A program made the translations under genes and the position numbers. Shown here one piece after another: positions 18,751 through 29,641 of a stretch of 64,000 nt of DNA. Location of the stretch: IMG/VR virus record IMGVR_UViG_3300037725_000018, positions 62,001 through 126,000 of that record, one strand, 5' to 3'. The notes below the pieces were generated by a model. That model searched no databases. It was not told the origin of the DNA and saw only the letters and a list, made by a program, of their open reading frames with translations. Numbering within the stretch: the first letter of the stretch is position 1; every line of letters starts with the position of its first letter.

Positions 18751-20307
18751 GGCAAGTTAAAAATTGTGTTTAGCTTGCAGATAGAAGGCTGTGTGTTGCT
18801 ATTCCATTTCCCGCTTGCTTATGTCACAACGGCGAATTTCCAGTTCATCGGGATCATACCCTTCATATTGAACCAAATCCCGTTTAAGATCCAATACCGT
18901 GCCTGAAACCATTGATTCTACCGGGGTTCCGTTGGCAAGATAAACGTATCCCGCATGAACCGGATAGTTATTTTCAAGAACGGTTTCAGTTTCGTAAATC
19001 ACGCCTTCATCTTTGCTCATTGGTCTTTACTGTTTAGTTGAGATACAGTTTCACTTTCGTTAAAACGCTTTCTCCTCGCCTTTGGTGAAAACACCGAAAC
19101 CCCACGTGTGGGGGAATACTTTCGCCAGAGAGTATTGCCCCAACGAAAGCGTTCCCCCACCGAAAGGGAACCAAAATTCACCTTCTCCTTATTGTTATTA
19201 GTCTTCATTGACCACCTCGAACTTGTCGTTTGGGACCCAAAGCGTAACGTTGTCCGAACGCTTCAAAAGCGTGTACACGTTGTCTTCGGAAAGAACCGTG
19301 CAAACCTCATGCTTTTCAAACGTCACGTTTCCGAATCCGTACGTGTCGTTCATCTTAACCTTTTGCGTACTCATAAGTTTTAAGGTGTTTGTGTCGTGAA
19401 AGTTAGTTGTGAAAAAGGCCCGCCCCCAAGTAGCTAACCTAAGCTACAACCTCTCGCTTCTTCTGGTCTTCCCGCTCGATCCGGGCACGCTTCCGTGCAA
19501 CCTCCTGAATTTCGTCTTCGTAGTCGTCTACCATACCGGACTCGAAGAACTTGGAAGTCACGTCCACGTCCCGGACGTTTCCGTCTTGAAGCGGATTGAC
19601 GGAAAGCAGGTCAACGGTTTCCCCGTCGAACCGTCCGCGAATCTTGTATGCGTTATCGCTGGTCTTGAAAGTAAAAACAGTCATTGTACTTTGTAACTTG
19701 ATTTTGCCTTGTGTTAGTGAATGGGGCTTCCCCCGTTGATCCACCCTTTTTAATGATCTCGGTTAAGAAGGGTTCCAATGTTCTCTGTGAAATTTGTGTG
19801 ACCGCGCAATTCGTTTATCTTCTCCTGCACGTCCAGCTCAATTGATTTTGTTGAATAATCTGTGGATTCAAGTAAGCTCTTGGCCGCTTTAAGCCTTTTG
19901 AGATTATCCGCAGTTTCTAGTAGCTTATTTAGTTTCATTTTCCTTTGTGATTTTGTAATTGACTTCTATTAAATGGCCGTATGCATTTATTTCATCTACT
20001 CTGCAAAACTTGACCTTTGTTGTGTCCTTTGCATTGTTATAAATATATACGTCGCTAGAAGATACAAGATGATCTTCGTATATGTACTTTACCTTAGATT
20101 CGTTTTTAATAACGGTGTACTCGCTGCGTGGGAGACAATTTTTTTCGGTATGTCAAGGCTCAAAATATGTCCCAACCGCAAGCGCAGAGAGGATAACAAA
20201 AAACACGGCAACGCCGTTTTCTTTCTTCCCAATCACCCCAAATACAAGCCCGATTATAAAGGCTACGGAAAAAATTATTAGCCAAAGGCCAAGTACAAAC
20301 ATAATTT

Positions 20308-21312
20308 TTATAGGTTATTTACAGATTTAAACCTTTCTACCGCCACTTCTCTACCTTCCTGCAAAAGAAACGTGTGATACTCTTCAGTTGTTTCAAATTG
20401 GTCTTTGAAACGCCCAAGAGCCGTTCCAAGTTCTTTTCCCGTCAAGTTCGAATGATTCATGGCGACGTTTCCGTTAAACACTTCACGGGCTTTCTCGCGC
20501 CTTCTGTGCTCTTTTTCAAGCCGGGTTTCCCAAGCGTTTAGGTCCACTCCGGTCATTGAAAGAACCTTTTCTTTCATATGGCTTTTTGAAGGCCGGGTCT
20601 TGTTTTGACTTTTAGGAACGCTTTCAAGATACTTCATCCACTTCTGGTAGGTCTTTCTTTTTGTGTCCCGGTGCCTCTGGTCTGCCGTTAAATTTTCGGA
20701 CACGAAAGCCTTTCTATGAAAATACTTCGAACCTACGACGTATTCGAAAACTTCTTCTAGGTCTTCAAAACCTTTCTTGAACCGATCCCATGAAAACCCA
20801 AGAAGCCCAAATGCAGTTTCCGGGTCGGTCGTAACTGCAAGTTCTCCAAGCTTTACGCTTTTGTCTTCGGTATAATGCGTGTACCGAACGCCTTGAAACC
20901 CATGCTTTAGGCCAACCCACCGGGCAACCTTTCCCATAAGGTTCCCAAGGTCGTTATAGGCAAAAAACGCCTTTGCCATGTCCCACCACTTATGCCGCAT
21001 AAACACAAGGTCAAGTTGAAATGGGGCTCCTTTAACGGATGTGTAGTCTAAAGACACAACGTTTCCGTTGTTGAACGTTTCTTTTGGCCCAAGGGAGTTA
21101 ACAAGCTTCCATTTGTCAACAGCAGGTTTCCGGACAAGAACATCCATATCCCCGTGACTTGACTTTGAGTGATATGGGCGAACAAAATGATAATCGGTTT
21201 CTTCGGAAAGTCCAAACCTACGGCTAAACTGGTTTGATAGCTTCTGTTGTGTCCGGTAAAAATCAGAACTAAGAAGCCTCTCTGTATGTGTATCAAGTGC
21301 GTTTCCACCCAT
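20308..21312 (-). CDS. Nucleotidyltransferase-superfamily protein
   Basis: MGGNAL start, SHGDMDVLV (hGDhD) and FQLDL third acidic motif. Confidence 0.65.
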   Translation of the reverse strand: MGGNALDTHTERLLSSDFYRTQQKLSNQFSRRFGLSEETDYHFVRPYHSKSSHGDMDVLVRKPAVDKWKLVNSLGPKETFNNGNVVSLDYTSVKGAPFQLDLVFMRHKWWDMAKAFFAYNDLGNLMGKVARWVGLKHGFQGVRYTHYTEDKSVKLGELAVTTDPETAFGLLGFSWDRFKKGFEDLEEVFEYVVGSKYFHRKAFVSENLTADQRHRDTKRKTYQKWMKYLESVPKSQNKTRPSKSHMKEKVLSMTGVDLNAWETRLEKEHRRREKAREVFNGNVAMNHSNLTGKELGTALGRFKDQFETTEEYHTFLLQEGREVAVERFKSVNNL

Positions 21313-21797
21313 GTCTTCTTTGCCATTTGTTGTTAAAACCGTTCACCATTTTATATTACTGCCTCACTTCTTCGGTGTTCCCGCCTTCGCAACGAAAACT
21401 TACAGGTAACGTAAAACTCTTGGCTTGATATAGCTATTGTAGTAGTAACGCACGTCAATCGGAATTGGATATTTTCCATTGTTGTGATAATAGCATATTG
21501 GGCTTGAAATCTTAAACACAACTATATTTTTCTTTCTAGACCACCGTTTAAAGTCTGAATTGCTTAAACCAGTATCATCTTCGTTAGACACTATTACCAT
21601 TGTTAAGGTGTTATCAAATTGTAGAGTCTTCATTTAGAAAGTCAAATTTGCGCTTCGCCTCATCTAGAGAAAGCTTGTTTAAGTCTTGAAAATCCGGTAC
21701 TTCGTAATAGTAGATTACAGAAACTTCTCGCCTTTTTTACGCTTTTTGGATAAAGTGTAGTCATTTTTTTGTTTGTTTTTTAATTGATAAATTCTTG

Positions 21798-22934
21798 TTA
21801 AAGAGTTCCTTCTGCAGCTTCAATGAGAACCTCTTTATCTTCGATTCCAGTTCGAAGCTGAAAGCTATGTGCCCGTTCGATCATTTCTCCAAACTTCGGG
21901 CCGGGTTTGTGCCCACGATCAATGAGGTCTTTCCCTTGAACAATCGGGTCAACTTCTACGCCTGTATCCCGAAACCACCGAAAATCTCCCAAACGAATGG
22001 CGCAAATAACCTTCTTAAAGTCTTTAAAGCGGTCTCCAAGTCTGTGTTGAAGCATTCTTACCTCAAAAGGGGTAGGGTTCGGGCTTGACGTTTGAATCGT
22101 TTCTAAACCCTTCTGGAAAGCCTTAACGCGACTTACCAAATTATTTGAAAGTTTGAGGCTTTCTCCAAGAGCCTCCGGGTCTTCCGCGTTTAAAAGAAAC
22201 GTTTCCATCCGGAGACGTTTCGGGGCCGAATCAATGGCAATCTTTCGAAAAACGTCCGTTTCCGGAAATCCAAAGTCTTCAAGAAGCCCAACCTTTTCCA
22301 TAATCGAAAGAAACCGGGAAGGTTTTTTGTCTTTAAACGCCTTCTTAACTTCCATGACCACCCGCTCGACGGAAACCACATTGGAAACGTCCGGGCCGAA
22401 TCGCTTCATCATTTGAAACGTTTCCGGTTCAATGTCAAACCCGAACCTTCCGGCAAACCGGGCTGCGCGAACAATCCGAAGGAGGTCTTCTTTGAACCTG
22501 CGCTTCGGAGCCCCAACGGTTTTTACAATGCCGTTTTGAAGGTTTTCTTTTCCCCCAAAGGGGTCAACAAGGTTTCCACTTGCGTCTATTGCCATTGCGT
22601 TGATTGTGAAGTCCCGGCGAGAAAGGTCCGTGGAAATGTCGTTTGCAAACTCTACGGTTGCTCTACGTCCATCAGTGGACACGTCCTTTCGAAAGGTTGT
22701 GATTTCAAACGGGAAACCATCGACCACGGCTGTAACTGTTCCGTGGTCTACCCCGGTCTTTTTGACGGGAACGCCTCTCTTCTCACACTTTTGAACCACA
22801 GTTTTCGGAACATCAGATGTTGCAAGATCAATGTCGTCAAACTCGCGGCCAAAAATTGAGTCCCGAACGCACCCGCCAACCGCATGAATATCGGAAAGAA
22901 AGTCAAACGTGTCAAGCGCCTCGTTTACTGTCAT
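21798..22934 (-). CDS. cca: tRNA nucleotidyltransferase (CCA-adding enzyme, class II)
   Basis: VGGCVRD, DIDLAT, EITTFR, DLSRRDFTINAMA, RFKEDLLRIVRAARF. Confidence 0.9.
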   Translation of the reverse strand: MTVNEALDTFDFLSDIHAVGGCVRDSIFGREFDDIDLATSDVPKTVVQKCEKRGVPVKKTGVDHGTVTAVVDGFPFEITTFRKDVSTDGRRATVEFANDISTDLSRRDFTINAMAIDASGNLVDPFGGKENLQNGIVKTVGAPKRRFKEDLLRIVRAARFAGRFGFDIEPETFQMMKRFGPDVSNVVSVERVVMEVKKAFKDKKPSRFLSIMEKVGLLEDFGFPETDVFRKIAIDSAPKRLRMETFLLNAEDPEALGESLKLSNNLVSRVKAFQKGLETIQTSSPNPTPFEVRMLQHRLGDRFKDFKKVICAIRLGDFRWFRDTGVEVDPIVQGKDLIDRGHKPGPKFGEMIERAHSFQLRTGIEDKEVLIEAAEGTL

Positions 22935-22962
22935 TGTTTTTTTTTTTTGTTTAGATTAAAAC

Positions 22963-23002
22963 AAAAAACGTGGAAACAGGCCATGCAAGACCCATTTCCA
23001 CG
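22963..23002 (-). terminator. Rho-independent terminator
   Basis: CGTGGAAA...TTTCCACG stem followed by TTTTTT. Confidence 0.65.
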
Positions 23003-23041
23003 CCAATGCCCTGTAGGAGGTGATTACAAGAGCAATTTGAT

Positions 23042-23608
23042 TTAGCCGATCATCGGTCCATCGGTGCGAATCACGTCGTACGTCTCACCGAACATGGTGA
23101 TTTCGTCAACGTTTTCAAGGCGATAGTCCCGGAGAATCACCCGGTCTTCAACGCCTTGCCGACTAGAACCGGACGAAGAATAAAGGTACTCTTCGATTTC
23201 TTCCCGGTCGATTTCGTTCCAGTTTTCATCGTAGTAAGTGGACGTTGCCGATTCCACCTTGACTTCAAGGTAAAACCGCTCTTCACCGTTCTTGACGTGT
23301 CGCACAAGCGGCGTTCCGTCAACCCGGCTACCCCACCGACGCGGTTCCGGTTCAAAATCCGGCTCGACGCCTTCTCGCTCCCTCTGGTTGTTCACAGAGT
23401 TTGCGTAGACGAAATTAACAAGCCCCCGAACTTCCGAAACTTTTCGGACGGTGCAATTTCCGTCTTCGTCGTGATACTCGTTGTAAGGAGTACCCCGACC
23501 ATTGACGGTTTTCCGCATACGCGGCGTTGTCACCGTTCGGAACGAAACGAACGACGCCCGTGAAGGCACGTTTTCAAGAACCGCTCGCAAGTCTTCAAGG
23601 CGAATCAT
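23042..23608 (-). CDS. Conserved phage hypothetical protein
   Basis: 188 aa with YANSVNNQREREG motif; own promoter and terminator. Confidence 0.7.
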   Translation of the reverse strand: MIRLEDLRAVLENVPSRASFVSFRTVTTPRMRKTVNGRGTPYNEYHDEDGNCTVRKVSEVRGLVNFVYANSVNNQREREGVEPDFEPEPRRWGSRVDGTPLVRHVKNGEERFYLEVKVESATSTYYDENWNEIDREEIEEYLYSSSGSSRQGVEDRVILRDYRLENVDEITMFGETYDVIRTDGPMIG

Positions 23609-23660
23609 AACTTCAAAAGTTTTTTGTGACCGTTTCTGTTAACCCCTTCCCTCCCTGACG

Positions 23661-23694
23661 CAATACTTACACGCAGGGAAGAAAGGCTGGTTTC
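23661..23694 (-). promoter_or_regulatory. Promoter of the recurring G(G/A)AAC-N16/17-NRT(T/G)WA class
   Basis: GAAAC-N16-CGTGTAA; near-identical copy at 61080-61108. Confidence 0.65.
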
Positions 23695-24356
23695 GCTTTG
23701 TATGTGAAGACGGGGTGAAGGTTTTATGAAGACCCTTCAATGTCGGTTTCAGAAAAGTCAACCCCCAACATAAAAGACTGCACTTCCCCGATGTTCATAA
23801 ACACATACTTTCGACCGGACGGTTTAATTTCGACGTATGCCCGTTCGATCCGGTTGTTTTTAAAAAGACGTTCAACTCCGGATAGGTCGTTTATAAGGCT
23901 GTCTACGTCTTCAAAACCGTTAATTTGAAGCATTCCGGTTTTGTTTGACGTAACCTCATTTACGACCAAATTTCCGGTTTCGTATCTTGAAAGATCGCTC
24001 ATAACAGGGAAAGGTTTTTTAATTGAGCTTGTGGTTTTCGATTCCAAAACGCCCAAGAGCACCGGACGCTAAACGCTGTTCCCGCTTCGTTTCAAACTCC
24101 ATCCGGTGAAACTCTTTATCGGACGGATGAGGATACGATGCATACGGAATAACGTCTTCTCCAGTATGCGTCGAAATAATGTCTGCCGCATTGTCCAGAT
24201 CGTCAGCGGGAACGTCAAGGTAGTAGTGAGCAGAAGAGTTCATCGGCTTGCTTTTTTATTAAAAGTGGTTCTTTGTCTATCTACCGTATAAAATGCGAAA
24301 GGCCGGGAGCGGTTCCCGGCCTTTCGGTGAAGATTCTATTAAGTGTTTTTCGTTCT

Positions 24357-24902
24357 TTATTGGACAAGTCCTTCTCTACCTACAGTCTTTTGGACATAAT
24401 CATACATCCCAATCCCGCTTGACACGCCTGCGTTTAGGCTTCGAACACTTCCAAACTGCGGGATGGATACAATATGGTCGCAAAGGTCAAGAACATTTTC
24501 GGACAAACCATTTCCTTCGCTTCCGAAAACCAAAAGAGGGTTTTCCGGCCAATCAAAAGAACGCAGGTCTTCGGTTTCGTAGTTTGAAAGTTGGTTTTCA
24601 AACCCAACCCATGTAAATCGGGTTTTCAAAAGACGGGCTTCAATTGGTACCTCGATGTGTTGCACGTCTGTATAATGATAGGTGCCAACCGCCCCGCGCT
24701 TGTCCCACTGCCTCTTTCCTACGTAAAAAACTCTTTGCGCCCCAAACGCATTTGCGTTTCGGACCAAGCTTCCGATATTAAAGTCTCCTTCCCAATTTTG
24801 CATCAAAACGGCAAAACCGTTGTTGTTTTCGGAAAGGTGCTTACGGATCTTTTCAGTTTCGTGGGATCGAAACTGGTCAAGTACGTTTCTGTTTGCTGAC
24901 AT
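24357..24902 (-). CDS. TrmH/SpoU-family RNA 2'-O-methyltransferase
   Basis: NIGSLVRNANAFG, LVFGSEGNGL and SIPQFGSVRSLNAGVS SPOUT motifs. Confidence 0.92.
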   Translation of the reverse strand: MSANRNVLDQFRSHETEKIRKHLSENNNGFAVLMQNWEGDFNIGSLVRNANAFGAQRVFYVGKRQWDKRGAVGTYHYTDVQHIEVPIEARLLKTRFTWVGFENQLSNYETEDLRSFDWPENPLLVFGSEGNGLSENVLDLCDHIVSIPQFGSVRSLNAGVSSGIGMYDYVQKTVGREGLVQ

Positions 24903-25648
24903 ATGAATTGAAGTAACCGTTTTGTTATAAAGAAAGCGCGTTCTTAAAAGTGCTCAAATGGCTTCGACTCTGAATGCCCGGTACTTAACCGATTTTTAGC
25001 CCAACCCAAAACGTATTTTGGATCTTCGTCATTTGAAATTGTGGTTAGGTTCACGACAGGAATAGCTTTGCCTTCTAAGCCTGACCGATACTCTTTGAAC
25101 TCTTCATAATTTGAGTTTTCATCAAACACAACAAGCATAAGCAGAAACCTTCCATTTACGTGATTTTGAAAAACTCGCGGTCAATTTCTCCCATAACGTA
25201 CGTTCCGTTTGAAGTGTCAAACTCGACGTAGGTTCTTCGAATTCCGGTCTTCACATTCCCGGCGTCGTATTCTTTCTTTTCTATAGAGTTGACGGTATAT
25301 TCACTGCCGCCAAGGGTGATTGTAACCGTTTTTCCATCATCAAGAGCCTGCTTTAATACTTCAAACATGTTCGTTATATGTATTTATTTATAATTGTTTT
25401 GGTCTTTCTGTAAGTAGGGACAAACGTTCTTGGCAGAAAACCTCTACCCTCTTGCTTTGGAAACTTTTGAACACAAACAAAACTGTCTTCTTCTTCAACC
25501 TTAAAGTCAAGAATGCAGAGAGGAAAAACTATATCCACTTTCCATCTTGTGCCACCATCTTCAGGATCGACCCGAACTGTAAGTCCGATTTCTTCTTTTA
25601 TCGAATCTTCAAGGTCTTCAAAAACGATAATCATACCTGACAAGTTAT

Positions 25649-25726
25649 TGGTACACTTGGGAGGACTCGAACCCCCAACCCCGGCATTAGAAGTGCCGTG
25701 CTCTAATCCAGTTGAGCTACAAGTGT
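25649..25726 (-). tRNA. tRNA-Arg(TCT)
   Basis: Cloverleaf, loop CTTCTAA, encoded CCA. Confidence 0.92.
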
Positions 25727-26003
25727 ATTTTTTTCATTGACTTTTTTGAAACTGGTTCCACCTGTCGGCCCATTCTTTGAAAGCTTGCCCGATCTCTTTT
25801 TCGTCTTCGGTTTTGTTACCGCAGACAAAAACGTTTTGTTCCCTGTCTACGGAGAGAATTTCTTCCCCTTCCGGGGATTTAAGGTCAAACGGGAAGATGT
25901 CCCAATACACACTTTCTTTATCGATTTTGACCTTGTTAAATTCAAAAACCTCTTTGTCATTAGACATGATCTATGAATTTGGATTTGTAATTGGGTTAAT
26001 ATG

Positions 26004-26076
26004 AGCGGGTGATGGGATTCGAACCCACGACCTTCTGCATGGCAAGCAGACGCTCTAACCACTGAGCTACACCCGC
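26004..26076 (-). tRNA. tRNA-Gly(GCC)
   Basis: Cloverleaf, loop TTGCCAT. Confidence 0.92.
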
Positions 26077-26216
26077 TGGCTCCTATTTGGTATAGCGCCG
26101 GGGGGCGCTCCATTAATGAGAAATCCTTAATGGCTCCACCTTTCTTTACTGTAAGGTCCGTGTGGCCGCGATCTTTTTACTAACTCGACACGCCTTCCGG
26201 TTGGCAAATCAAGCGT

Positions 26217-26540
26217 TCAAAAAGATTCGTTTGAAAAAATGATTTCATCCGGGTCTACATATACCGTTCCATCCCATCGGATATACACGCGCCTTTCTCC
26301 ATTTGTTCCTAAAGCCCGGTACATTTTTTTAAGCGTGTAAGAGCTATTTAGCTTTCCGGTGTTTAAATCTTTTTTTACAACCCTCGTTCCATTTGTGGCA
26401 TAGTATTTGACTTCAACAGTTTCAAGCCAAGCAAAAGTTCTATCTTCGTTTATAAGGCGAACCGGACGCCACGCAAACCACTTATGCCAGCCTTTTTCTA
26501 TCTTAGCAATTCGGTCTACGAAACTCTCTACGCCATTCAT
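26217..26540 (-). CDS. Hypothetical protein
   Basis: WHKWFAWRPV...AWLETV motif. Confidence 0.6.
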   Translation of the reverse strand: MNGVESFVDRIAKIEKGWHKWFAWRPVRLINEDRTFAWLETVEVKYYATNGTRVVKKDLNTGKLNSSYTLKKMYRALGTNGERRVYIRWDGTVYVDPDEIIFSNESF

Positions 26541-26595
26541 TTTTGACTTTTTGACTTTTTGACTTTAAGGGGTCTTTAAAAACTGAAAAATGCTG

Positions 26596-26667
26596 CTGCT
26601 CCGGATGGATTCGAACCATCACTGACGGGTCCAAAGCCCGTTGTCCTGCCAATTAGACGACGGAGCA
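26596..26667 (-). tRNA. tRNA-Gln(TTG)
   Basis: Cloverleaf, U1-A72, loop CTTTGGA. Confidence 0.9.
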
Positions 26668-26676
26668 GTGATTGAG

Positions 26677-26964
26677 TTACATTTCGTTTTCAGAGTCAAA
26701 AGAACGAACAAGAGCGTCTTTAACAACGTGAAGACTGTTCGGGCCTTCAAACTTGTACTTTTCTTCGAAGCGGTCAGTTCCAAGAGCTTCTATCGATTCG
26801 TAAAAAACGCCTCGAAAGAAAGAACTTGTTACTGCCATTACAAAATCCGGGAAAACGAACTTGTAACTTTGATTGTCTTTGTCAAGTGTTGAAAGCCCAT
26901 AAGATTCTCGGAAGCTTTTCCCGTTTTCATAGCCGCTAAAAATCGTTGCATCTTCAGGGATCAT
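26677..26964 (-). CDS. DUF4325/STAS-like protein
   Basis: FSG.ENG..FR and VTSSFFRGVFYESI..LG..F..KY.F motifs. Confidence 0.6.
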   Translation of the reverse strand: MIPEDATIFSGYENGKSFRESYGLSTLDKDNQSYKFVFPDFVMAVTSSFFRGVFYESIEALGTDRFEEKYKFEGPNSLHVVKDALVRSFDSENEM

Positions 26965-27188
26965 TTTTTGTCTTGGATTTTAAAAATCGTTTAAGAGCAT
27001 AATGGGCGTCTAATTCCAATGCTGCTTTTGTTTCTGATGAAACGCCGTCTCTCTTAGAGCCAAGCAAAGAGCTAATGAACGTTTTAACATCACTTTTTTG
27101 ATTGGCTCGAACTTTAATTTGATTTTGAACAACTTTTTTTACTTCGTCCATTTAGATGTTATATATCAATTTAAAAGATAAAATAAGG

Positions 27189-27263
27189 TCGGGTGAGTTG
27201 GATTTGAACCAACGGCTCCCTGCTCCCAAAGCAGGTGCTCTGGCCTGACTGAACTATCACCCG
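27189..27263 (-). tRNA. tRNA-Pro(TGG)
   Basis: Cloverleaf, loop TTTGGGA. Confidence 0.92.
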
Positions 27264-27419
27264 ATGTTTCCGTGAGACCTGTTTAACTAAAAACCCTTGC
27301 ACTCCCACAGGTCATGGGGGGACCAATTCGCCACGTTCGGTGACATAGCCGTATTCTTATCGACGGAAAGCGAAGATTTCGGCGTCGGGATTATCACGTG
27401 TCTACCAATAATATATAGC

Positions 27420-27557
27420 AGATTGCCAATTTTAACGCCTTATTTGGCGAATGCGTTTAAGTGTTTTCTTCACCTTTAAAAGAACTTTCAATCAAGTCCT
27501 TCTTGGAATCGAACCAAGGTATCCGTATATTTAAGGATAAATTGCTGTAGGCAATCT
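27420..27557 (-). ncRNA. ACAGCA-motif RNA 1 (Y-RNA-like, degenerate permuted tRNA domain)
   Basis: Stem AGATTGCC/GGCAATCT, TACAGCAA, T-arm CTTGG-TTCGATT-CCAAG followed by a closed acceptor-like hairpin. Confidence 0.7.
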
Positions 27558-27559
27558 TG

Positions 27560-27633
27560 CGATCCCTCCCGGATTCGAACCGGGGACCTCTTCCGTGACA
27601 GGGAAGCATCCTAAACCACTAGACCAAGGGACC
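27560..27633 (-). tRNA. tRNA-Asp(GTC)
   Basis: Cloverleaf, loop CTGTCAC. Confidence 0.92.
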
Positions 27634-27881
27634 GTTTCATTCTTCAATCGCTTCCATCCAAACGGACGGTTCGTTTACCGTAAACCGAACAACGGTTCCG
27701 TCTTCAAATTTTAATCGAACGATATTTCCAGAATTTGCAAACCGCTTTGTAATCGTTGTTGATTCAACGGTTTTTCCTTCCATCCAATCGGCAATTTCTT
27801 CTTGGTAGTTTGAAACCATCTTCTGTATATTTGTTAACAAAAGCGCAAAGAATTAGTTCCTACTTTATAGAACTTTAAAAC

Positions 27882-27943
27882 AAACTGCTTTTTCTTTTTT
27901 TTGATATATGTAATCAAAGAGAAAAGTTGCTGTTAGCAGCTTT
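27882..27943 (-). ncRNA. ACAGCA-motif RNA 2 (minimal, no tRNA domain)
   Basis: Stem AAGCTGC/GCAGTTT, TAACAGCAA, then a simple AT-rich hairpin. Confidence 0.6.
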
Positions 27944-27944
27944 G

Positions 27945-28018
27945 TGTGGGTGGTGGGGATCGAACCCACAGCCTCCTGCTTGGAAGGCAGGCTATCTAGC
28001 CAATTGATATACACCCAC
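27945..28018 (-). tRNA. tRNA-Gly(TCC)
   Basis: Cloverleaf, loop CTTCCAA. Confidence 0.9.
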
Positions 28019-28023
28019 AAAAC

Positions 28024-28139
28024 AGGCTACACAAGAAAAGTGTGCTACCATTACACCATACGGGTTAAACCCGCACTTGGATTCGAACCAAGACCTTCTG
28101 CTTATAGGCAGATAAAAGTATGTCTGCTGCAGGTAGCCC
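28024..28139 (-). ncRNA. ACAGCA-motif RNA 3 (circularly permuted tRNA-like domain)
   Basis: Stem GGGCTAC/GTAGCCT, CTGCAGCAG, anticodon-like hairpin, T-arm, acceptor TGCGGG/CCCGTA closed by TTTAA, D-arm GTGTAATGGTAGCAC. Confidence 0.8.
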
Positions 28140-28200
28140 TATGTTTATCGTACGTCTATATATAGACTTTAGAAGCACTTGGTTCCGTAAGTCTATATAT

Positions 28201-28467
28201 TCACTTGTTCTTAACTTGGACTACAACTTCGTCCGAGTTTGAAACATATGCGTAAATTGCATATCCTAAATTACCGAGACCGAATGTGAACCACACAGTT
28301 AGTATGAACCAGATGAAATGAACAAACCCGGACCCGTAACTGTTCTTTCTAACCCTAACGTGTTTATCACTTTGTTCGGATACGGAATAGCCTTGGATTT
28401 GGTAATCGTCTACTTTGTTGTGAAGTTCTTCTTCGGTAGAGACTTTTCTAATTCTAACGTTTGGCAT
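28201..28467 (-). CDS. Small membrane protein
   Basis: HFIWFILTVWFTFGLGNLGYAIY TM hairpin; own promoter. Confidence 0.65.
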   Translation of the reverse strand: MPNVRIRKVSTEEELHNKVDDYQIQGYSVSEQSDKHVRVRKNSYGSGFVHFIWFILTVWFTFGLGNLGYAIYAYVSNSDEVVVQVKNK

Positions 28468-28548
28468 AACTGTATTTTAGTTTATAAATGATAGGAAGTT
28501 AAAATTTAGATGAATATATTTGTTCATCTGTTACTTTTATGCTATTCG

Positions 28549-28621
28549 GGTGAGTATCCGGATTTGAACCGGAACTAAGGCGACCACAACGCCTCGTGCT
28601 ACCAATTACACCATACCCACC
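28549..28621 (-). tRNA. tRNA-His(GTG)
   Basis: Cloverleaf, G-1:C73, loop TTGTGGT. Confidence 0.92.
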
Positions 28622-28679
28622 ATGTTTGGCGATTGTTTCACGCCAAACCGTCGCACGCAACCACGTGAACGGAAATATG

Positions 28680-28753
28680 TAACACGGGTGGGACTCGAAC
28701 CCACTAAAGACAGCTTGAAAGACTGCCTACGCGACCGCTTTGTATTCCGTGTC
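28680..28753 (-). tRNA. tRNA-Glu(TTC)
   Basis: Cloverleaf, loop CTTTCAA, atypical A8A9 and D-arm. Confidence 0.82.
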
Positions 28754-28761
28754 AAATATTG

Positions 28762-28834
28762 CACGGGTACTAGGACTTGCACCTAGATCCCCGGTTTTGG
28801 AGACCGGGATGTTTCTAAATTCCACCATACCCGT
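28762..28834 (-). tRNA. tRNA-Trp(CCA)
   Basis: Cloverleaf, loop CTCCAAA, T-loop TGCAAGT. Confidence 0.85.
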
Positions 28835-28849
28835 GTACCAATTCTAATT

Positions 28850-29155
28850 CTAATAGTCTTCGAAGCGGTCGTGAACCTTAATCGGATCATCGGAAGGAAA
28901 CCGCTTGTCGCTGGAATAAATGAAGTTTCCACCGAACATCGGTCCCCGCTTTCCATCCGGAGTTTCAACCGGAACTGCGTACGTGACCGTTTTACCGAAC
29001 ACGGTCTTTTCGGCAATCCGAACGGCAGGGGAATCTTCGGAAGGCTCAAACGGCCCTTCGGCGTTTACGATTACAACCGAGTCAACACGGCTCGTAACAC
29101 CGCCGTTGGTCGTGTCCGCTCCGTTTCGAGAATAAACGTTTGCGCGAATACCCAT
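28850..29155 (-). CDS. Conserved phage hypothetical protein
   Basis: TNGGVT, MFGGNFIYSSD.RF and I.VHDRFE motifs; preceded by a GGAAC promoter. Confidence 0.75.
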   Translation of the reverse strand: MGIRANVYSRNGADTTNGGVTSRVDSVVIVNAEGPFEPSEDSPAVRIAEKTVFGKTVTYAVPVETPDGKRGPMFGGNFIYSSDKRFPSDDPIKVHDRFEDY

Positions 29156-29262
29156 AGCTTCAAGTGTCTTTGATTGGGGTTTCCTTTCTTAACTTCACTA
29201 TATTCAATGCAACGCAAAGGAATTGGTTCCGAAAGAAACGGCACTTCACAAAAGCTTCATAC

Positions 29263-29541
29263 TTACTCTGTGCTATCGGAAACTTCGTCAAACGCTTCAT
29301 CTAAACTCTGCTCTTCCGGAGAGGCAAAACCTTTTTCGTCGCCACTGCTTCTTACGTCCCGTTCAACGCGCCAAATGTCGTTTACAGGGTACTTATACAC
29401 TTTTCCGTTTAGGTCCTCGATGCAGTAAAAACTTCCTTTCTCGTACGTGTTAACCGCTCCGTGATAGACCTTTTGAAAAGAAGACTTCAATTGAACTTTT
29501 ACTGTATGTGTATCTTGTTTTTCGTAACTATGCTGACTCAT
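29263..29541 (-). CDS. Hypothetical protein
   Basis: NTYEKGSFYCI and KYPV..IWRV motifs. Confidence 0.6.
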   Translation of the reverse strand: MSQHSYEKQDTHTVKVQLKSSFQKVYHGAVNTYEKGSFYCIEDLNGKVYKYPVNDIWRVERDVRSSGDEKGFASPEEQSLDEAFDEVSDSTE

Positions 29542-29568
29542 ATTGGCTTTTTACTACGGGTGAATGTG

Positions 29569-29641
29569 TGGAGCCAGTCGGATTCGAACCGACAACTTGA
29601 ACCGTGCAAAAGTTCCGCTCTACCGTTAGAGCTATGGCCCC
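29569..29641 (-). tRNA. tRNA-Ala(TGC)
   Basis: G3:U70, loop TTTGCAC. Confidence 0.92.

Noticed and set aside
26541-26566. TTTTTGAC x3 short tandem repeat
   Set aside because: A simple slippage repeat upstream of a gene, with no evidence of function.
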